DNA from: Cirrosporium novae-zelandiae
Taxonomy: Eukaryota
Reading direction: 5' to 3'
Assembly: GCA_026023565.1 (NCBI GenBank)
Contig: JAPETS010000008.1
Location: forward strand, 372,001 to 436,000
Length of the DNA stretch: 64,000 nucleotides
A program made the translations under genes and the position numbers. Below, piece by piece: positions 53,720-64,000 of this stretch. The notes beneath the pieces are model-generated. The model saw only the letters and a program-made list of their open reading frames with translations, had not been told where the DNA came from and searched no databases. The first letter of the stretch is position 1. Each line of letters begins with the position of its first letter.

Positions 53720-54872
53720 GCCTGTTATAAATGCTGCACTGGGACAATGCCTCTCGCATATACAATCTCTTCCAGACAGGATGGCATGATCGTTGGAAGC
53801 AAGGCGATTCTGTGCGCAATGGTGTATTATCTCTCTTCGGCGCTAGGTCTTCGGAAGTGTGATTTGGCTGTGTTGACACAGCATTGGGACGTTACAGCTT
53901 TGTTAGATTTATGAATTCGGTCAGATATGGTGTCGCAAGGATGGAACCAGCTAATTTTGACCCAAAGCAATGTTCCTTCGGTGCATGAATTGAGCGAATG
54001 ACGCAGTGGGGAAACGTTATCAATTTTCTGTTTATACTCATAATACAGCCCTGGGTTTTCATGACGGATCTACAGTTTTTGAGCATATCCCCCGACTAGT
54101 CAGGCGGGTGGACCTTTCTTACGGACCTCTCATTGAATAGGCGCTTAATGTGGATGCAAATCTTATGCTAATCTGAGTAATTATTACGATTCTTGTCTTT
54201 TTGGGAGTTACTACATTCTATCGACAATGGTAGCTACAAATGCTAATAGGGCTAAACTCAAGAAGGGATGATCCTAGTAATCATGTACGTAATGGGTGTT
54301 TGAAGCGACAGAATAGTGAAAGTAGTGGTTTACAATGATATCTTCATGATGTCTCTCAAACTTGTGTACAATGCAGTCTTTGAATTGCTGTATAGGTGGT
54401 TTGATATAATTCTATATCTGCAAGTGTCTCTACAAAGATGCCATACAGAAATACTATTCTTGATAAAAAAAAAAGATACATCCGTCATTTTGACTGACTG
54501 ACTGCTTGCCACCATCGAAAAGCTTTGCGCCGAGCCCGGACCGAGTTGGCTTGTGGTGACTGGTCGGCGGGGTAGCAACCTGCAATTCCTAAGTTTTTTT
54601 TCTCTGGTCCTTGAACACTTTTCCTTCACCATTTTCATTTAAGAACGCTGCTCTCTGTCTGTTGTTCTAGGACTTCTCTACTCATCAATTCCACTCTGTG
54701 ATGACTTGAAGAACGTCATCGGCATTTCGATTCCTCTTAAAACCCGGTCTGGTGTTTTGTCGCATAGCACATGGTCTGTCAGGACCGTCGTGCATCCAAG
54801 GCGAAATTACCGGTTACTTGAGGCCCAATTGATGTGAATCTCTCTCCAGAGATCCATCTAGATTTTCTCTAG

Positions 54873-57664
<2,792 letters not shown>

Positions 57665-58094
57665 ATAAAAGTTGGAAGGTAGTTTCGCGAGGCGTTTGTA
57701 TTCGGGGTTTACATGTAAATATTTCGTTGTGCACATACCCCGAATTTCCTCGTCCTTTTGTTTCAATAAAGGATATGTTCCTAGTCAAAAGTTACACTCG
57801 TTTATGTTGGATATGCTAGATAATTGATGTGGCAAAACAAGAAATTTTAAGATATTGGTCGAAAAATTATCCCTTAGTTCTCCTTCTAGCAAGCCCTATT
57901 CCCCCTCTCTACCAACCTCTGAATCAACCGTGTCGCGTCAATGAGAGCCATCAGTATCTTAATAATTCACAAATTTAACTTCTTTCCTTCGTCCGCTATT
58001 TGATAATCCTTTATTCATCCACCTCCACACCTGATCTATATAATACCTAAAACATTACCTGCATCATTATCATCGTGATCACGAATAGTTCATC

Positions 58095-60752
58095 ATGTTC
58101 TACAGTCATGAAGGTAAGATTAACCTGTATCCGCACAAGAAATAGAATGAGGTGAGCTGTTTACTGATCGCGAATAGTCCTTACTTCTCGGAAATATGGC
58201 GTAGCCACAATTTGGTAAAAAGGCTTTCACTTATGACAGTGTAATCGTCTTACTGACAAATAAGCAGGCTTGTCGCAACCCTCGGATCCAAATCCTCGCT
58301 GAGAAAGGTCAACCGTAAAGACATTATCAACGTAGATGTCCCAAAGGCGTGCGAAACGATCATCACTCCGAAAGCTCCAATGGCACTGCGGCTCCAAAGC
58401 AACCTTCTGTATGTTCACCATAATCATCTCATCTTCTCTGTGGTGCTAATATATTATCTTGAACATTAGCTTCGGTGTCTCTCGTGTGTATTCTCAGCAA
58501 TGCGGTTATGTGCTGGCAGATGCGCAGGCCGCGCAAAACAACATGAGGGCTTTGTTGAAGGTTATCAAGAACACCGGACTTGACCCAGAGGCTGGAAAAG
58601 CGAGGTATACGAGGCGAACATGGAAAGGAATATCGGTACTTGCTGACTTTTCTATGCAGACCTGATCAGCTTGTCCTTCCAGATGATCCTACAATCCTAG
58701 CTGATATGCTAGTAGGACTTGATATCGACCTAGATGCCCTAGGCATGATCACGTCGCCCCAACCTCGTCAATTACAAGATTTCTCGACCCCGCAACTAGG
58801 GTCGACTCAATCGAGTCAAATGGCTACTGGAGGTTCTAACGTGGGACTTATTGTACCTAGTTCAGAAAGCGGCCCTGCAGATGCTGGAGGATTTGAGCTA
58901 CCCATTTTCGAAGCAAGCTCCGCGCACCAGGAGACAGTTGTTCCAGATGCAATATTTTCTGGAAACGAGGATATACTGCACGATCCTGGCTTCGAATTTG
59001 GCATTGACGGTGAATTTCTGGAGCATACTGTGCAAGGTGTGCCAGGGACCATAGTGTCTGATATTCCAGGTCCAAGTGATATCCTAAACAATTCGGCAGT
59101 GAGACAAGAACGTGAGGAAGGTATCCAGGACATTCTACACGATGTAAACTGCCCTTCTAAAACATGTGAGCTATATGCTAATTGAGAAAGTAAAGATTGG
59201 CGAGCCCATGCAGTTTGATGAACCACCAAATTTGGGGGACAATTTTGATCTTGCCCCTGAAGCCGACCATTTCTTTCTCCAGACAAACAACCAGACACGC
59301 GATATCCTCGACAAGTCATCCAATCTAAAAGAGGCGGAGACATCTGAAACTGCCAAAGCCCCAGCAAAAAAACACAGGGCTCGGAAAGTCATGGGTGCAG
59401 ATACACAAACTGAACTCAGCAATGCCGACCTTGTACGATGGAATAACGAATATCTAGGAAATATGGCCAAAGCTACAGATCACCAGCAGCAAAACAAGGT
59501 GCACAGACAAGCAAACAAGAATGCCGAGTTCTGGGTTTTGGGCATTGGTATCAATGGAATTGGCTACGGCCTAGGTGCGGATTCCCATAGAACCGCATTA
59601 GATATGTATATCGGGGAAAACTTGTTGCAGGCTCTTACAGATCACAAGCGAACAAATATGAAAAGAAAAGGGAGTCTAATAGAGGAAAGTAATGACTCAA
59701 CAAGACGCGTCAGACCAAGAGAAGATGATACAGCTCAAACGGGACGAAAAGAAAAAATGCTTTCAGAGGGAAATGACTTCTTGCCTCTCATTGAAGATAA
59801 TGTGAGTTAGACCATTTTCACTACGGATACCCCCTTGGCAAAACAATTGAGACCATGATGAATCATATTTTGGCATAAAATATGTCGTTGTTTCGGGCAT
59901 GCCTTCTGGCGCCTCTTGATTGACCAAAGTGATCTCTATTTGAAATATTTGGAAGGTCTCCAAACAAAATCAATACAAAGGCTCATGGTCTCAAGCGTGC
60001 TTTCTCCTGGGTTGTATGCAAAACCAACGAGAGATGCTAACTTCAAACAGAGTATGGAAATTGGACGAGATGCTCCCCAAGCCCTCGAAGATAGATCCTC
60101 TCAAATGCCTTGGAACCCTACTGCTTCCATTCATGGGTCCCGAGCAAATTCCTCCGCCCGCAGCCATCCTTTTATAGGTAGTATTGGGGGATTTCCCAGC
60201 AGTTCCGGTGGTGCCAGTATTATTGAAGGGGGGCTTCTGGGCTATTTCAAAAGACGATCAAGTCGCCATCCAAGTGCTAGTCCTTTACTTGGCCGCGGGA
60301 GAGCAAGCGAGCTCAAGGGACTAAGCGCTCTAGAGTTACCAGGATATGACGAGGAAGGGTTCCTTGAAGGAATTGAAATGCCAGAGGACCTACAAGCCCA
60401 AACCGACTTCGAGCTTTATGGTCCCGCGGCGAATGTTGACACGCAGACAGCAGCTGATTCACAATGGATGCGAGAAACCCTTGACAGGGAAAGTGTCAAT
60501 TTTCTCGAGTTTGTGCAGACAGCAGTTGAGAAGAAAATTGCGGAACGTGATGGCACAGATCAAACAAACCTAGACGTTCAAAGAGAGACGGTGACATTCG
60601 AAGAACTCCTTTCACCTTCTCAAAACTCGAGTGTCGTCGCTACTCAGGCTTTTCATCATGTTCTCTCGTTGGCAACGAAGAACCGACTGAGTGTTAAGCA
60701 GGATGATGTTCATTATGGGGATATCTTCTTAGGTCTGGTATCCATGCCTTAA
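58095..60752 (+). CDS. REC8: Meiotic cohesin kleisin Rec8 (multi-exon)
   Basis: Spliced N-terminus MFYSHEVLTSRKYGVATIWLVATLG...VDVPKACETIITPKAPMALRLQSNLL; C-terminal VATQAFHHVLSLATKNRLSVKQ; last intron 59802-60050. Confidence 0.9.
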
Positions 60753-62855
60753 AATGATACAAGGATGGAGTGAGAAGATCAACAGGAAGTTGATGACGTT
60801 TACTCAAAATTGTCCTGCAACCACGCGAGGGATAAGCTGCAGGCGTCCGAGAGAGACGAATTTCCTTCCTGAATTTGATAGGAGTTTGCATTCGGGTTGT
60901 TTTTCGGAGCTCGGGGTGGAGTGAACTATGAGCTTTTTTGCAGGTGTTTCGATATTTTCCCTTTAAGTTATGCCGCTATCTCTTTACCTTGACGGGTTTG
61001 CTCAATATCTTGCTTGTTAATTTTTACTCCTTTTGGCGTTCTAAAATGATATGGCGACGCATCTACGCTGATCACAACGATGATCTTGATAATAATTCTA
61101 AAATAGCTTCATACCCTAGGTGGATGGATGGATTTCGTTAGATAAATGAAATGGTTGATTTAAGTGGATGATAGTGGTTTCGAATATGGATAGTTGTGGT
61201 CCGTGAATGGCTTCACCGACGGAGCCTGGTGATGTTTCCTTTATAGTTGATAGATAGTTGATAGGGCGAATAGACCAGGGATTTAAGGTGGACCAAAAGC
61301 TTGAGTGAAAAGAGCAACGTTGCTTACGAACGAAATAGATATCGAATTTTGGTCGATAGTCTATGGACGTTGGGGGATGGGGGGGTTTAAGGGGGATCGA
61401 AATTAAGTCTGTTTTAGTATCAATATCTAAAATATCTTATTTAATGATCCAACTTTACTCTAACCAAGTCATCCTAATTGATGGGCACACAGCAAGTAAT
61501 AATTAACAGGTGATTAGGAAAGCCTTAGAAGTTGGATGTGTACTTTCTTGGAAGATGAGGAAGACGTAGAAAAAGAGAGAAAGAAGGCCGAGTTTATGCG
61601 GTTGGCGGCTGGCTGCCGCCGAAAGTCAGATTGAAACATGATCAGATTATGGCCCAATGTGATTAAGTTATGGGATTTTTGACAGCTTTCTTCTTGGATT
61701 GACCTTGTAAGACGTAGTCTCTGACTTCTACTTCTTCTACATAACATTTGAGAGTTTGAAGGGTTTGAAAGAGTGAATTCGTAGGAAAAGTTTGAAACAA
61801 AGTGTAAGAGACCGGTTAAGCCCTAGAGCCCCACCATGGCCATGCCAGTCCGAGGGTCTTGCACCAACTACACCAAGGTGGAACAACCTCCGCACCTTGA
61901 ACGCGGCTTGAATACTTTCAATGCCTGGCACTGGAATCGTCTGGGCCCTGACGATTCCATCTCCGAAGTTTTAAAACATCTGCAAGAAAAATAATAGTCA
62001 ACATTATGCAGGTACAAACACACGTTTTTCGTCTGATGTTTATGAACGCGCGTCCTTGGCTGGGGTTTCCCTCCAAACTACGCTTTCTGATATCCTTTAG
62101 GCCATGCTTAGACCTTAACAGACACCTTGTATTGAACTCCAATTATCCAATACTATCCACATCTCTCCACCTTTGCACAGTTCCCCAATAGTCAGATAAC
62201 TTCTGTTTCAATGTTTGGTCTTGATGGGTCTTCTAGACTTCTTGGCCGAGTCCGCCTATGGTCCAAAGAGCTTCCCGCCGCTCGTCCCACCTCAGGGCAC
62301 TCGCTGATGGTCATGGCGGTTGGGTGTCAAACCATCATCTTATCCTCTTCTTTTTCATGTCAGGCTAACCTTTTCCCCTGACTTCTAACAGGTTGACAAA
62401 CCCGCCTTGGCTGACGATCACCATGCATTGGTCCTTCTCCATCATCACCCAGAAGGGAATGGTTAATCGACCTCCCAGGATCTTCGAGCCACAAAACACA
62501 CTACGGTTTTTGTTCATCTATCTGAGATGTCTGAGTTATGTTTCTGTTTCCTCTTTGAGCTTTGGTAGTCCGTCGTAGAACTGCTTACGCCCAGTGTCAT
62601 AGTTCGAACCATGGAAACATGGTTTCCCCTATCCTTTTTGTATATAAGTTTCGCTCTTCTCTTCTTTTGCTCAGTGTCTCCTCTCCATTCAAGTCATTGT
62701 CTCCAAGTGCTGTGCATTTCCAACCGTCTTTTTTTTCTCACAACTATCTGTGCTAGTCGCAGTTTTCCACCTTCTTTCAACAAACTAGTCTATCTCTTGC
62801 AACAGTCTTTTTTCAAGACTCAATCCTCAATCATCAAACATTCACTACAATCAAA

Positions 62856-64000
62856 ATGTACTTCAACAACGCCGTCGTTCTCTCCACTGCCGTTCTCGGC
62901 CTTCTGTCTGGAACAGATGCCTCTGTCCTCAAATGGCCCCGTAACTTCAAGGGTGGAGTTGAAAGGGCTGCCGACTTCGGTGGCCCAACCGGCTCTGCTG
63001 GTGGTGAAGGAGGTTTCGCAGGAGCAACTGGCGGCATGCCCTCTATGCCCTCTGGAACCGGTGCTGGTTTCGACTCTAACGGATTCAACATGGCCACCGG
63101 CTCTGGTAGCTCCTTCCCCACTGGAGGTTTCGCTAGTGGTGGTTCTTTCGCTACTGGAGGTTTCCCTGCTGGTGGTTCTTTCCCCACTGGCTCCGGCGGT
63201 CTCTCTATGCCTTCTGGCACTGGTGCTCCACAAATGGGCGGTCAACGACGACGTGCCCTCGAATTCGGCAAGAGGTTCTCTATGCCAAGCGGTAGCGCTA
63301 CTCAAGGCGGTGCGATGGCAACTGGCGGATTCAGCTCTGGGTCCGAGTCCGGCTCCTTTGGAGGGTTCTCTGAAGGCAGTGCTCAAGCAACTGGTAGCTC
63401 CGGCTCCAGCTATGGTTCCGGTTCCTTTGGAAGTTTCTCCGAGGGCAGCGCTCAAGCAACCGGTAGCTCCAACTCAGGCTCTTTCTCTATGCCCTCTGGC
63501 GTCAGCAACAATGTTCAAGAGTCCGGAAGTGCTCAAGCTAGCGGCAGTTTCCAGAGTGGTGCTCAGGCTAGCGGCCAAGGTAGTGCCATGGCCACCGGTA
63601 CCAGCAGCTCTGGATATGGATCGAGCAGCTCTTCTCAGGGTGGCATGAGCGGATCCCAGGGTTCAGCTCAAGCCTCTGGCACCAGCGGTGGAATGAGCTC
63701 ATCTGCCTCTGGATCTGCCCAAGCTTCCGGCGTTTCTGGTAGCATGAGCGGAGAATCTTCTCAAGCCAGTGGCAGCTCCATGCCCATGCAATCTGGAACT
63801 TCGTCATCTGGATCTTTCGGGTCCTCTACCGAATCCTCAGGCGCTTCTGAATCTGGATCATATGGATCCTCTACTGGATCCTCAACAGGTGCTTCTGAAT
63901 CTGGATCTTTCGGATCCTCTACCTCATCCTCTACAGGTGCTTCTGAGTCTGGATCTTACGGATCTTCTACCTCATCCTCCACAGGTGCTTCTGAGTCTGG
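62856..64000 (+). CDS. Secreted Ser/Gly/Thr-rich repetitive protein (partial, runs off the window; absent from the ORF track)
   Basis: ATG in tcaaaATG context after TATATAA at 62641; signal peptide MYFNNAVVLSTAVLGLLSGTDA; frame open to base 64000; internal RRRALEFGKR dibasic site. Confidence 0.88.
   Translation, partial: MYFNNAVVLSTAVLGLLSGTDASVLKWPRNFKGGVERAADFGGPTGSAGGEGGFAGATGGMPSMPSGTGAGFDSNGFNMATGSGSSFPTGGFASGGSFATGGFPAGGSFPTGSGGLSMPSGTGAPQMGGQRRRALEFGKRFSMPSGSATQGGAMATGGFSSGSESGSFGGFSEGSAQATGSSGSSYGSGSFGSFSEGSAQATGSSNSGSFSMPSGVSNNVQESGSAQASGSFQSGAQASGQGSAMATGTSSSGYGSSSSSQGGMSGSQGSAQASGTSGGMSSSASGSAQASGVSGSMSGESSQASGSSMPMQSGTSSSGSFGSSTESSGASESGSYGSSTGSSTGASESGSFGSSTSSSTGASESGSYGSSTSSSTGASES
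63807..64000 (+). repeat. Coding tandem repeat, 45-48 bp unit (SGS[F/Y]GSSTxSSTGASE)
   Basis: Four units read directly: SGSFGSSTESSGASE, SGSYGSSTGSSTGASE, SGSFGSSTSSSTGASE, SGSYGSSTSSSTGASE. A fifth begins at the window edge. Confidence 0.9.

Noticed and set aside
57968..57974. Ndt80 MSE-like CACAAAT upstream of REC8
   Set aside because: A single 7-mer in AT-rich DNA is not distinguishable from chance.
59854..59994. C/D-box snoRNA in the REC8 intron (ATGATGA at 59855)
   Set aside because: No CTGA box D next to the 3' arm of the terminal stem.
62611..63648. 345-aa ORF in the ORF track (and antisense ORFs 62820-63455, 62834-63220)
   Set aside because: Off-frame shadows of the Ser/Gly-rich CDS starting at 62856, which has the signal peptide and coherent repeats.

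Overview
Filamentous ascomycete (Pezizomycotina-like) chromosomal DNA with short spliceosomal introns, mostly about 50-70 nt. Conserved genes in order: areA/nit-2 GATA factor (preceded by about 10.4 kb with no recognisable conserved gene), an HSK3-like DASH subunit, a PAM1/SVL3-like protein, SUB2/UAP56, RPR2, an intronless cytochrome P450, an intron-containing tRNA-Leu(AAG), SEC5, IDH2, ACH1, a GCP6-like gamma-tubulin complex subunit, SNC1/synA, ARG5,6, REC8, and the 5' part of a secreted Ser/Gly-rich repeat protein that the ORF track misses. Between ACH1 and GCP6 lies an accessory island (about 39-47.3 kb). It holds a divergent transcription factor + SDR pair enclosed by 76-bp terminal inverted repeats of a split MITE-like element, a pyranose 2-oxidase gene with two nonsense codons, and a degenerate initiator-tRNA fragment. 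Best leads: (1) a nested RNA structure filling the 488-nt SUB2 intron, with closing stems also in the three other long introns (REC8, SNC1, GCP6); (2) the TIR-bounded gene-carrying module; (3) uORF architectures in the areA and ARG5,6 leaders; (4) a 16-residue repeat in the secreted protein. Gene models, alignments and folds were worked out by eye; no searches or folding programs were run.
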